From the IMG/VR virus record IMGVR_UViG_3300032212_000060, positions 1-39,518 of that record: a DNA stretch of 39,518 nucleotides; one strand, given 5' to 3'. Below are positions 9,150-18,262 of the stretch, in pieces. This DNA comes from a virus (Duplodnaviria > Caudoviricetes). Under the pieces are notes generated by a model. That model was not told the DNA's origin. It saw only the letters and a list, made by a program, of their open reading frames with translations, and did no database searches. Numbering within the stretch: the first letter of the stretch is position 1; the number at the start of each line of letters is the position of its first letter. A program made the position numbers and the translations under genes.

Positions 9150-10943
9150 ATGGCGAGCACTGGTGCTAATACACTGGATTTCAGAAATGTTCTTTCTTCT
9201 GATGAATCTCTAGCAGGAGCTATATACAGAACTTGGTCATTGTGGGACGGAGCTAAGCACGAAGCTAAGACCCGTTGGACAGAGACTAAGCAGTATGTAT
9301 TTGCTACCTCTACAAGAGATACCACTAACGAAAAGAATGAGTGGAGCAATACAACTAACCGTCCTAAGTTGTACAACATATATAACAACTTACTTGTCAA
9401 CACTGACTTCAGCTTGTTCCCTCACAGGGATTGGTTAGAGTTCATAGGCAATGACGAAGACTCCAGCTCTAAGACTAAGCGACAAGCAGCACTGGCTTAC
9501 CTTAACACTAAGCACAGGCTGTCAACATTCCGTAAGACAATCAGAGACTTGATCAACGATTGGATCTTATACGGTAACTGTTTCGCTGGTGTCGAGTACG
9601 TAACAGAGTATGCTTTCGATCCTGTAACTGGTGAGAAGATACCTGCTTACATTGGGCCACGCCCAGTACGTTACTCTCCATACGATGTAGTGATGAATCC
9701 TAAAGCTTCTGCTTTTGAGAACTCCCCTACTATCATCCGTACTAGAACTACTCTAGGCGAGATGGAGATAGCGATGCAAGAGAATCCTAGCCTTGGCTAT
9801 GATCCAGAAGTTCTTGCACAGATGAAAGAAGATCGGTTCCAGATCGGTAGACAATCTGAAGATGGTGAGATAGACGAGAGTCTTATCCCTGATGGCTTCG
9901 GTAATACTGGTGACTACTACATCTCTGGACACGTAACACTGTATGAATTCTATGGTGACATCTACGATCAAGAGTCAGGTGAGCTTCTTAAGAACCACTT
10001 GATCACAGTTGCAGATGGTAGGCACATCCTACGTAAGACACCACTGAACACATACACTGGTAAGCCTAACATCTTCCATTCAGTTTGGAAGCCACGTCCA
10101 GATAACCTTTGGGGGTACGGGCCACTAGAACCGTTGGTAGGTATGCAGTACCGTATCAACCATCTAGAGAATGCTAAGGCTGATGCCTTTGATAACATGC
10201 TAGATCCAGATGTTGTTATCCAAGGTGATGTTCAGAAGTTCAAGGTTGGTGCAGCAACGCACTACTTGATACCTGAAGGTGGCAGTGTTAACTACCTAGC
10301 TCCAGACACAACTGTACTGAATGCTGACTTCCAGATTCAGGAACTTGAACGAGCTATGGAAGAGTATGCGAATGCTCCACGTGAAGCACTAGGCATACGC
10401 AGCCCCGGTGAGAAGACAGCGTTTGAAGTTAACATGCTTTCAAACAATGCTAACCGAGGGTTCGAGTATCAGACTGACATCTTCTCTAAGTTCTTAGAAG
10501 AGGTTGTTAACGCTGAACTAGAACTAGCAATACAAAACTTACATACATCAGATGTCGTATCAATCATTGACGATGATCTAGGTGTAGAAGAGTTTATCAC
10601 AATAACAAGGGAAGACCTAGTATCTAACGGTAAGGTTATCCCAGTAGGTGCAAGAGAGTATGCACGTAAGTCACGCATTACGCAACAGCTTACTACTTTC
10701 TACCAGACTGGTATGGCAGATCCTGAGGTTGCTCAACACTTCCCAGCCAAGAAGATGGCGCAGCTATGGGCTGACTTGCTAGACTTCGAGAACTTGTACG
10801 AACCATTCGGAAGAATCCCTGAGAGATTAGAGGCAGCTTCAATGGAAGGACAAGCACAGAACATGTTGGCAGAACGACAGATGATTGACCCAACAGGAAT
10901 GAGTGAACTAGATGAAGAAGACGCAGCGGCAATTGGCGCTTAA
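9150..10943 (+). CDS. Portal protein
   Basis: 597 aa directly after TerL; WILYGNCF, RPDNLWGYGPL and PGEKTAFEV motifs typical of podoviral portals. Confidence 0.9.
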   Translation: MASTGANTLDFRNVLSSDESLAGAIYRTWSLWDGAKHEAKTRWTETKQYVFATSTRDTTNEKNEWSNTTNRPKLYNIYNNLLVNTDFSLFPHRDWLEFIGNDEDSSSKTKRQAALAYLNTKHRLSTFRKTIRDLINDWILYGNCFAGVEYVTEYAFDPVTGEKIPAYIGPRPVRYSPYDVVMNPKASAFENSPTIIRTRTTLGEMEIAMQENPSLGYDPEVLAQMKEDRFQIGRQSEDGEIDESLIPDGFGNTGDYYISGHVTLYEFYGDIYDQESGELLKNHLITVADGRHILRKTPLNTYTGKPNIFHSVWKPRPDNLWGYGPLEPLVGMQYRINHLENAKADAFDNMLDPDVVIQGDVQKFKVGAATHYLIPEGGSVNYLAPDTTVLNADFQIQELERAMEEYANAPREALGIRSPGEKTAFEVNMLSNNANRGFEYQTDIFSKFLEEVVNAELELAIQNLHTSDVVSIIDDDLGVEEFITITREDLVSNGKVIPVGAREYARKSRITQQLTTFYQTGMADPEVAQHFPAKKMAQLWADLLDFENLYEPFGRIPERLEAASMEGQAQNMLAERQMIDPTGMSELDEEDAAAIGA

Positions 10944-11199
10944 CGATAAACTCGTAGCAGGATTAAATGAGGATAAAGCGAACAACGTTAGGGAGAGCTT
11001 CACAGCCTCCCGTTCTTTCCTCACATCTTTAGCAGATGAGCTAGAGAAAAAGATAGAGAATAAAATCAAGGAGTCTGAAAGCTCCTCTAACTATGAGAAG
11101 AACTCTTGGTCGCAATACCAAGCCGATAACTTCGGTTACCGTAGAGCACTGAGAGATGTACTTAACTTATTTGTGGACAACACACAGGAATACAAATGA
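10912..11199 (+). CDS. Small helical protein between portal and scaffold
   Basis: Overlaps both neighbours; YEK.SW..YQAD..GYRRAL pattern; start may be TTG ~10933. Confidence 0.6.
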   Translation: MKKTQRQLALNDKLVAGLNEDKANNVRESFTASRSFLTSLADELEKKIENKIKESESSSNYEKNSWSQYQADNFGYRRALRDVLNLFVDNTQEYK

Positions 11200-11912
11200 C
11201 CGAACAATCATTTACCAACGACCAAGGTAATCAAGGAACAACTGAAACAGGTTTCGCATCAGGTGCTGACAACAGCAACAATGGGAATAATGATTCAGGA
11301 AGTAATCTTCAACAACAAATAGATGTGATGCAGAAGCGCATTGGTGATAAGGATTCTTTCATTGATACTTTGAAAGAAGAGAACCAAAAGCTTCGTGAAG
11401 AAATGACATCTATCGCAACTAAAGTAGAGTCGATGGGCTCAGTTGAAGATCAGCTCAAACGCATGGAAGAAGCGAAGAACAGTAATCAAGACACAACCCT
11501 TGATGAAGAAACGCTGGTGAGCAAGATACTAGGAACACTAGAAGCTAAGACAACCCAAGAGGTTCAAGACAAGAACTTCAAGGAAGTATCAGAAACTTTA
11601 GTTAAGACTTACGGTGCAGATAAAGTCGATGATGTTGTACGACAAGCTGCTGATAAAGTTGGACTTAAGTTTGACGATATGTTTGAACTAGCTAAGAAGT
11701 CTCCTAAAGCTGTGTATGAGATGGTGGGTGTAACCCGTTCAGCTCCTGCATCAGCAACCCCATCACAAAGTACTCACGTTGGTTACACAACCGACAATCA
11801 AACTAAAGAACAGAAACTAGCATACTTCTCGAAGCTCCGTAAGGATAATCCTAAAGAGTACTTCAAGCCTGAAACACAGAAGGCTTTCCGAGAAACATGT
11901 CTTTCTAAATAA
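11196..11912 (+). CDS. Capsid scaffolding protein
   Basis: Low-complexity N-terminus, coiled-coil and charged, directly upstream of the capsid gene. Confidence 0.8.
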   Translation: MTEQSFTNDQGNQGTTETGFASGADNSNNGNNDSGSNLQQQIDVMQKRIGDKDSFIDTLKEENQKLREEMTSIATKVESMGSVEDQLKRMEEAKNSNQDTTLDEETLVSKILGTLEAKTTQEVQDKNFKEVSETLVKTYGADKVDDVVRQAADKVGLKFDDMFELAKKSPKAVYEMVGVTRSAPASATPSQSTHVGYTTDNQTKEQKLAYFSKLRKDNPKEYFKPETQKAFRETCLSK

Positions 11913-11932
11913 ACTATACAAGGGTAATAGTA

Positions 11933-12943
11933 ATGTCTATTGATTCTTCATGGGGTAGTACCCATCTACAACGTAGCGAAATCTTTCGCGAAATGTTTAA
12001 AGAGGCTCAACTAGAGCCAACCTACGCACAACAGTGGGTTAACTGGATTGGTGATATTCCTGCTGATTCTATCCGTACAACTTTGAAAGTTAACTCTTTG
12101 AGCGAACTTGAAGTTGACAACTGGGCTGAGAGCCAAGCTCTACCAGAACGTCGTATGGACACTGGTCAGTTCACATTCAACATTGATGAGTTCAAAGGTA
12201 TTAAAGTTCCTTTCACTGATCACTTCTTTGAAACTTCTTTCCAAGCTAACCAAGTACTACAAAGTACTCCTGCTAAAATGAAACGTGCACATGACGTTTA
12301 CATGGAAACTAAGTTCCTAGAAACAATCAACGATGGTCAAACAGCTAACACAGCTAACGTGATCAACAACGGTAACCACCGTATCGTTGCATCTGGTGAC
12401 GGTTCTACTGCACCAGCAGACTCATTAACTTTGTCTGACTTCTCATATGCTAACTACTCTTTGAACAAAGCACAAGCTCCTGTTCAAGGTCGTATTGCAA
12501 TCGTTGATGCAGTTACTGCACACAACATGAACGTTAAGTCTAACATCGTTGATATTTCTAACAACCCAATGTGGGAAGGTCTTGTAACAGAAGGTCACCT
12601 TGATGGTACTGGTCTTCGTTTCATGCGTAACATCTACGGCTTTGACGTTTATGTTTCTGAATTCCTCCCTGAAATCAGTGCAGACGAAGCTGCTTTGACA
12701 ACTTACAATGGCACAGCTCCACAAGCTGCTGACATCTCTGGTTACAAAGCTAACTACTTCATGGCTATCGGCGGTGACGCTTCGCCAGTAATCGGTGCAA
12801 TGGGTCGTCAGCCACGTTTCGTTTCTTGGAGAGATGAAGACGTTGAGACTGAATACCACCAGTTGACTCAATCTTTCGGTTTTGGTCTATACCGTCCAGA
12901 GAATGCGATCACTGTTCTTGCTGATTCATCTGCAATCGCTTAA
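11933..12943 (+). CDS. Major capsid protein
   Basis: 336 aa after the scaffold, strongly biased codons; LNKAQAPVQGRIAIVD, NIYGFDVYVS and FGFGLYRPEN motifs of HK97-fold podoviral capsids. Confidence 0.9.
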   Translation: MSIDSSWGSTHLQRSEIFREMFKEAQLEPTYAQQWVNWIGDIPADSIRTTLKVNSLSELEVDNWAESQALPERRMDTGQFTFNIDEFKGIKVPFTDHFFETSFQANQVLQSTPAKMKRAHDVYMETKFLETINDGQTANTANVINNGNHRIVASGDGSTAPADSLTLSDFSYANYSLNKAQAPVQGRIAIVDAVTAHNMNVKSNIVDISNNPMWEGLVTEGHLDGTGLRFMRNIYGFDVYVSEFLPEISADEAALTTYNGTAPQAADISGYKANYFMAIGGDASPVIGAMGRQPRFVSWRDEDVETEYHQLTQSFGFGLYRPENAITVLADSSAIA

Positions 12944-12961
12944 TAGAGAAGGAAATATATA

Positions 12962-13408
12962 ATGACTTTCGCAAACACTTGGGTCAACAACGATGGCCTA
13001 ACAGTACCTTTCGGTACTTCAAATGGTATCCAGAAAGAAGGTGGTACTGTTCATACTAAAGGTATGGATAAAGAACTACGTTTAGACTTGGATCATTCTA
13101 ACCTACCTGTTATCGGTACAGCTGTACAAGGTTCTAACATGGGCATTCCTGCCGGTGCTGTTATCCTTTCAGCTGAACTAGAGTGTACTGAAGTATTCTC
13201 TGGTGCGATCACTGTTGGTACTATGGATGCAGCTGGTGCTGACATCGACGCTGATGGCTTGATCACTACTGGTACTCCTGCTGCTGGTTCATTCACAGTA
13301 GGTTCTGGTGCTTTGGTTGGCACAGTAACTACAGAAGACAACTATGTTTCTGTAGCTGGTACTGTAACAACTGGTGCTGGTACATTGGTAGTTAAATACC
13401 GTATCTAA
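12962..13408 (+). CDS. Putative head decoration/minor capsid protein
   Basis: Strong RBS, capsid-like codon bias, Gly/Thr-rich with IPAGAVI motif, followed by a terminator. Confidence 0.65.
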   Translation: MTFANTWVNNDGLTVPFGTSNGIQKEGGTVHTKGMDKELRLDLDHSNLPVIGTAVQGSNMGIPAGAVILSAELECTEVFSGAITVGTMDAAGADIDADGLITTGTPAAGSFTVGSGALVGTVTTEDNYVSVAGTVTTGAGTLVVKYRI

Positions 13409-13432
13409 TTATTATTTATAATTAGTAACTTG

Positions 13433-13471
13433 AAAGAGGAGAGGCAGATTAGATTCTCCTCTCCTTTTTTT
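13433..13471 (+). terminator. Rho-independent terminator after the capsid genes
   Basis: GGAGAGG...CCTCTCC stem followed by a T run. Confidence 0.8.
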
Positions 13472-13488
13472 ATTTATAGGATTAAAAA

Positions 13489-14163
13489 ATGGCAGAGCAT
13501 AGCACATTAACAGGCTCATCCCTACACGATGTAAAGGATGCGGCAACTTCAACAGCAGGTGAGATATTAGTATCTAGTGGAGGGGCTTCTACTTGGGGAG
13601 ACTTAACAGATGCTAGCACTGACGGAGCAGTAGCAGGTTCATACCTAACTGCTGACGGTCTTGGTGGTTCAACGTTTGAAAGAACTAAAGGTTGGTCACA
13701 GTTTCAAGACTCAAGGACAACAGCTGGTACTCCTACAATGGATATAGCCAGTGGAGTCCGAACTAAATTTTTATGCGATGGTGGTGTATCGACAATAGAA
13801 CGTAACCCATCAGACGCAGTAAGTTCCATGTGGGACACTGCAACAAACAAACATACCCCTATTGCAGAGTTCGATGTATACCACATTCGTCTAGGTTTTA
13901 CAGCAGAGAACTACGCTGGTACAGAGCCCTATATAACGCTTGAGCTAGATATAGGCGGCAGTATTGGAACTATCTTCTCACGAGACATAGCTCTACGCAA
14001 GTCAGGCAGTGCAGTTCTTTGTAGTGCAGCATTCCCAGTATATACAGGGTCTACTTACCTTGCTAATGGCGGTGAGTTCTACTTGACATACGAAGGTACA
14101 GGTAGCTGTGACATACACACTACTAGCGTGATGCTTGTTAGAGAATCAAAAGATTATACATAA
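13489..14163 (+). CDS. Putative head fibre/virion appendage protein
   Basis: MAEHSTLTGSSLH N-terminus and repeated G..L.ADG.GG fibre-like segments. Confidence 0.5.
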   Translation: MAEHSTLTGSSLHDVKDAATSTAGEILVSSGGASTWGDLTDASTDGAVAGSYLTADGLGGSTFERTKGWSQFQDSRTTAGTPTMDIASGVRTKFLCDGGVSTIERNPSDAVSSMWDTATNKHTPIAEFDVYHIRLGFTAENYAGTEPYITLELDIGGSIGTIFSRDIALRKSGSAVLCSAAFPVYTGSTYLANGGEFYLTYEGTGSCDIHTTSVMLVRESKDYT

Positions 14164-14171
14164 GGTGAACC

Positions 14172-14912
14172 ATGTCTAGGACTTTAAACTACGCAGTACA
14201 AAGAGTAATGGAGAAACTGGATCTTGATCCTATCAACTCTATAAATGATTCTCCTGACAGTATCCTTGTTGCTCGTGAAGCAGAGGATACCTTATACGAT
14301 CTCTTCAATAGAAATGACTGGCCATCTCAGTTCAGTATTCTAGAAGTAGAGTCAATGGGTGACACATCAAACCCTACAGGTCTTAGACTTCCAGAGAATG
14401 TAACTAAGGTTTGTTCAGTACGTTACAATGTAACCACTGCTTCAGACACAGACACTGTATACAAAGAACTTCAAGAGCTAGAGCCTGAAGAGTTTCTACG
14501 TCGTTCGTATAACCTGAAGAGTTCAGAAGCTGATACTCAGAGTTCAACATACAACTCATCTGAGTTCTTTGTTAAGAATGACAAGATGCCTGAGTACTTC
14601 ACAGTGATGGACAACTCAGTAATATTGTGTGACTCGTTTGATAATACAGTAGAGGCAACACTTCAAGGTGCTAAGACTGTATGTAGAGCAGCAAGTGTCC
14701 CTACTTTTGTAATGGATGATGACTACGTACTACCTCTTGACCACAAGATGTTCCCTTTGTTCTTAGCAGAACTTACATCAGCTTGTTCTCTAGAGTTGGT
14801 AAGGTCACCAGCCCCTGAAGCAGAGCGTAGACGTAACAGAGGCATGAGCCAATTACGTGAACATGCTTACCGTACCAACATGCCAAACTTTAAAAACAAC
14901 TTCGGAAGATAG
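14172..14912 (+). CDS. Tail tubular protein A/adaptor (T7 gp11-like)
   Basis: Size and position; N-terminal LNYAVQRVME.LD.DPINSIND..DS..VA helix pattern. Confidence 0.75.
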   Translation: MSRTLNYAVQRVMEKLDLDPINSINDSPDSILVAREAEDTLYDLFNRNDWPSQFSILEVESMGDTSNPTGLRLPENVTKVCSVRYNVTTASDTDTVYKELQELEPEEFLRRSYNLKSSEADTQSSTYNSSEFFVKNDKMPEYFTVMDNSVILCDSFDNTVEATLQGAKTVCRAASVPTFVMDDDYVLPLDHKMFPLFLAELTSACSLELVRSPAPEAERRRNRGMSQLREHAYRTNMPNFKNNFGR

Positions 14913-14922
14913 AAGGTAAACA

Positions 14923-17313
14923 ATGACTAGACAAGCAGCAGCTAAGGTATATGCTAACTTCACAGGAGGTCTAGCAACAGAAGCACCTACACTATCCTTT
15001 CCTGAGAACTCTGCAACAGACCTAAGCAATGTAGACATTAACGAAGACGGTAGTATACAGACTCGTAATGGTTTGCAGTACACAGGCGCAACTGAAGTAG
15101 CATTCCCTACACTATCTACTACATTTGCAGAGACAGCTACTCAAGTACTATCTTGGGACTCTGTGAATGGTGATGAGAGCTTGAACATAGCTGTTGTCCA
15201 GATCGGTGACAGGCTAGAGTTCTACTATGTGGTAGACGAACAGATCATAGGCAGCCTAGCAGCAGACCCTATAACAATCTCTGCTCCTAGTCGTACCCTA
15301 GTAGGCTCTACAACAGCAGATAGACAATCCTCTAAGGTACAAGCTGTATCAGGAAAGGGTTGGTTATTTGTTTCAGGCCCATACTGTGACCCATTTGTCC
15401 TAACCTTTACAGGGGATGGAGTTAACAAAGGATCTGTTAGCAGAACAAGTTTGGTTCTCAAGATCAGAGACTTCAGTATCTTTGAAGAAGGTTTGTCAAC
15501 AACACTGCCTTCTCTTGGTACGTTTACTCTTGATGGTTCAGAGAGACAGACTGAGATGTCTGGTGCTCACTTCTATAACCTAGCTAACCAAGGTTGGCCA
15601 TCAGAAGTTAATGGCTCAGGATTCTACACTGAAGTCACAAGCACAGTGATGGACGATCAGAACCCTAATGGTAATGCCTTGCAGCAACTAGCAGCGGCAT
15701 GGACTCTTCACAGAGTTAACTTCTATCCTACTATAGCGCATGTATACCATGCCTACCAGAACGGTGGTGGTTCAGACATAGACAGGCAGGTAGCATATCA
15801 ACCCTTCCTACTACAGAATGACTACACTGGTAACAGCCCATCTCCTAGGGGTAAGATTATCCTTGAAGCTTTCTACAAAGAAAGAAAGGCAGTAGGTTAT
15901 TGCTCAATACCTGATACCTTTGGTTCAGCGTATGCTAACTTCAGAACATACAATGAGATAGAGAGATCTAATACTAGGCCAACGAGTGTTGCTTACTATG
16001 CAGGAAGGATATGGTACGCAGGACTAGAGTCGTCTGCTTTTGCTAACAACGTATACTTCTCTCAGATCTTAACGGATCGTATCGAGACAGCTGAGAAGTG
16101 TTACCAAGAAGCAGATCCAACTGCTGAAGTAATCAATGAACTGGTTGATACTGATGGTGGTGTGATAGGTCTTGAAGGTGTTGGTAAGATACTTAAGATA
16201 ACAACAGTAGGTGTAGGCTTACTTGTTATTGCTGATAACGGTAGCTGGATCATAGCTGGTGATGGTGAACAAACAAGCTTTAAGGCTACTAGCTTTACTG
16301 TACGTAAGATCACTAACCGAGGTTGTCTAAATGTAGACAGTATTGTTACAGCTAAAGACAGTATCTTCTACTGGTCTAACTCTTCCGCTATTGTTATATC
16401 GCAAGATGAAGCGGGGTTCTTAGTAGCTACTGATGTTACTACACAGAAGATCAAGACACTGTATGGTGAGATAGTTTCTAACTCAAGGGATGCTTGCTTC
16501 TCAGTCTACGATGAAGGGGCAGACAGGGTGCTATGGTTCTACAGAAAAGATCTCCCTGACACACTGCAACAAACTACGTTCACTCCTAAGTCCTTCAACA
16601 AAGTCTTAGTCCTTGACCTAGGTCTTAACGCTTTCTATAAGTACGACCTAACCCTAAGCCCTCAAGACTTACCAGTATCTGCCATCAGTGTAGAGACAGT
16701 AGGATCTCTTGTTGTAGCAGAGGGTGTGTATGACGGTGGTGTTATTGTTACTGACAGTGGAGAAGATGTTGAAGTCTCTACCACTATAACAAACACAGAC
16801 AGATCATCTATAAAGATCCTCACACTGTCTTCTGTTAACCCGTTCACATCTGTATACAAAGTGTCAGGGTTCATAGAGAGTGCAGACTACGAAGACTTTG
16901 GCAATCCTATAGACTCCTTCGTAGAGACTGGCTTCGATGCACTAAGTGATGTTCTTAACAAGACTAAGATGGCTCCTATAGTACAGACACACTTAAGGAG
17001 AACAGAGCAGGTTGTTGACATAGACACTGATACTGGTCAACTTGCTGTTGTTAATCCTTCTAGTTGCTTCATGTCATATGGATGGGATTGGAAGACTAAC
17101 CTAAGCAATCCTATAGACATTTACAGACTTAACAAGAACTACACACCAGCAACAGCTGGAGAGTCTTTCGACTATGGTCAGGATGTTATAAGTACACGTA
17201 ACAGGATCAGAGGAAGAGGCACATCCCTAGGCTTGAAGTTCAATGCAACAGCAGGTATGGGCTTCCACCTATTAGGTTACAGCGTACTGTACACAGTGGG
17301 GACAAGAGTATGA
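14923..17313 (+). CDS. Tail tubular protein B/nozzle (T7 gp12-like)
   Basis: 796 aa beta-rich; NFTGGLATE start, RPTSVAYYAGRIWYAG, C-terminal RIRGRG.SL.LKF. Confidence 0.85.
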   Translation: MTRQAAAKVYANFTGGLATEAPTLSFPENSATDLSNVDINEDGSIQTRNGLQYTGATEVAFPTLSTTFAETATQVLSWDSVNGDESLNIAVVQIGDRLEFYYVVDEQIIGSLAADPITISAPSRTLVGSTTADRQSSKVQAVSGKGWLFVSGPYCDPFVLTFTGDGVNKGSVSRTSLVLKIRDFSIFEEGLSTTLPSLGTFTLDGSERQTEMSGAHFYNLANQGWPSEVNGSGFYTEVTSTVMDDQNPNGNALQQLAAAWTLHRVNFYPTIAHVYHAYQNGGGSDIDRQVAYQPFLLQNDYTGNSPSPRGKIILEAFYKERKAVGYCSIPDTFGSAYANFRTYNEIERSNTRPTSVAYYAGRIWYAGLESSAFANNVYFSQILTDRIETAEKCYQEADPTAEVINELVDTDGGVIGLEGVGKILKITTVGVGLLVIADNGSWIIAGDGEQTSFKATSFTVRKITNRGCLNVDSIVTAKDSIFYWSNSSAIVISQDEAGFLVATDVTTQKIKTLYGEIVSNSRDACFSVYDEGADRVLWFYRKDLPDTLQQTTFTPKSFNKVLVLDLGLNAFYKYDLTLSPQDLPVSAISVETVGSLVVAEGVYDGGVIVTDSGEDVEVSTTITNTDRSSIKILTLSSVNPFTSVYKVSGFIESADYEDFGNPIDSFVETGFDALSDVLNKTKMAPIVQTHLRRTEQVVDIDTDTGQLAVVNPSSCFMSYGWDWKTNLSNPIDIYRLNKNYTPATAGESFDYGQDVISTRNRIRGRGTSLGLKFNATAGMGFHLLGYSVLYTVGTRV

Positions 17314-17765
17314 TTACAATTGATGTAGTAAACCCTGCTGAGATTGCAGAGTACCTAACCCCACTCCATGAGGATCACTACAAAGGCGACTTCAGAGAGG
17401 ATGCAGTTGATCTAGATATAGACTGGGATCTCTACTCAGAGATGTATGACAATGGCACACTGTTGTGTGTCGTTGCTCATGACGACAAGAAGCCACTGGC
17501 TTACATGACTACTATCTTATCTCAGCACCATCACAACAAAGAAGATACTGTTGCTAAGATGGACACACTGTATGTATCCCCTGACCACAGGGGGCAAGGG
17601 TTGGCTTCGTTACTGTTTGAATTTACAGAAGAAGAATTAACAGAGATAGGTGTAGCTTGGTTTACCGCTACATTTAGGGACGAAGCTACAGCTGAGTCTG
17701 TAACAGGAAAATATGGATACAAAAAAGTAGAAGTGTCCTACGCAAAAACATTGAGGAATAAATAA
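17310..17765 (+). CDS. GNAT-family acetyltransferase-like protein
   Basis: LYVSPDHRGQGLA acetyl-CoA binding motif; sits at the T7 gp13-equivalent position. Confidence 0.8.
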   Translation: MITIDVVNPAEIAEYLTPLHEDHYKGDFREDAVDLDIDWDLYSEMYDNGTLLCVVAHDDKKPLAYMTTILSQHHHNKEDTVAKMDTLYVSPDHRGQGLASLLFEFTEEELTEIGVAWFTATFRDEATAESVTGKYGYKKVEVSYAKTLRNK

Positions 17766-18262
17766 TGGCAGGTACTATGTTACTGGCTACAGCTCTATCG
17801 GGTGGTGCTCAAGTTGCATCAGCTGTTGATCAGCGCAAGGCAGCCAAGAGAGCAGAGCGTAAACAACAAAGAGCAAATGATATAGAGAGAGCAAGAGCGG
17901 ATGTCAACCGAGGTATCGAGCGACGTAGAGCGATAGCCAAGGCAAGACAAGCACAGGCTTCTAACTTTGCAGCAGGTATATCTTCTGGTATCACAGCTAG
18001 CTCATCTCCATTGCAAGGTGCTATCTCTTCTATTGGCGCAGACCTAGGTACTTCACAATCGTTTGCTAATGCAGCGTTTACTTCTGGCCAACAGTCCTTT
18101 GATTTAAGACAGTCTGCTGCTTTCACAACAGCTAATGCTAACGCTAATGCAGCTATCGTTAATGCTACAACAAATGCAGTACAGACGCTATCTTCTTTTG
18201 CAGGAGGCGGTGGTAGCCCAACACAAGAGACTGGCACTACTGGTGTAACTGGAGGTCGATAA
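17765..18262 (+). CDS. Internal virion/ejection protein (gp14-like)
   Basis: Ala/Gly/Ser-rich, hydrophobic N-terminus then a basic coiled coil; position in the operon. Confidence 0.7.
   Translation: MAGTMLLATALSGGAQVASAVDQRKAAKRAERKQQRANDIERARADVNRGIERRRAIAKARQAQASNFAAGISSGITASSSPLQGAISSIGADLGTSQSFANAAFTSGQQSFDLRQSAAFTTANANANAAIVNATTNAVQTLSSFAGGGGSPTQETGTTGVTGGR

Noticed and set aside
12900-12962. T7 10A/10B-type capsid frameshift
   Set aside because: No slippery heptamer near the end, a double stop TAATAG, and the next gene has its own RBS.
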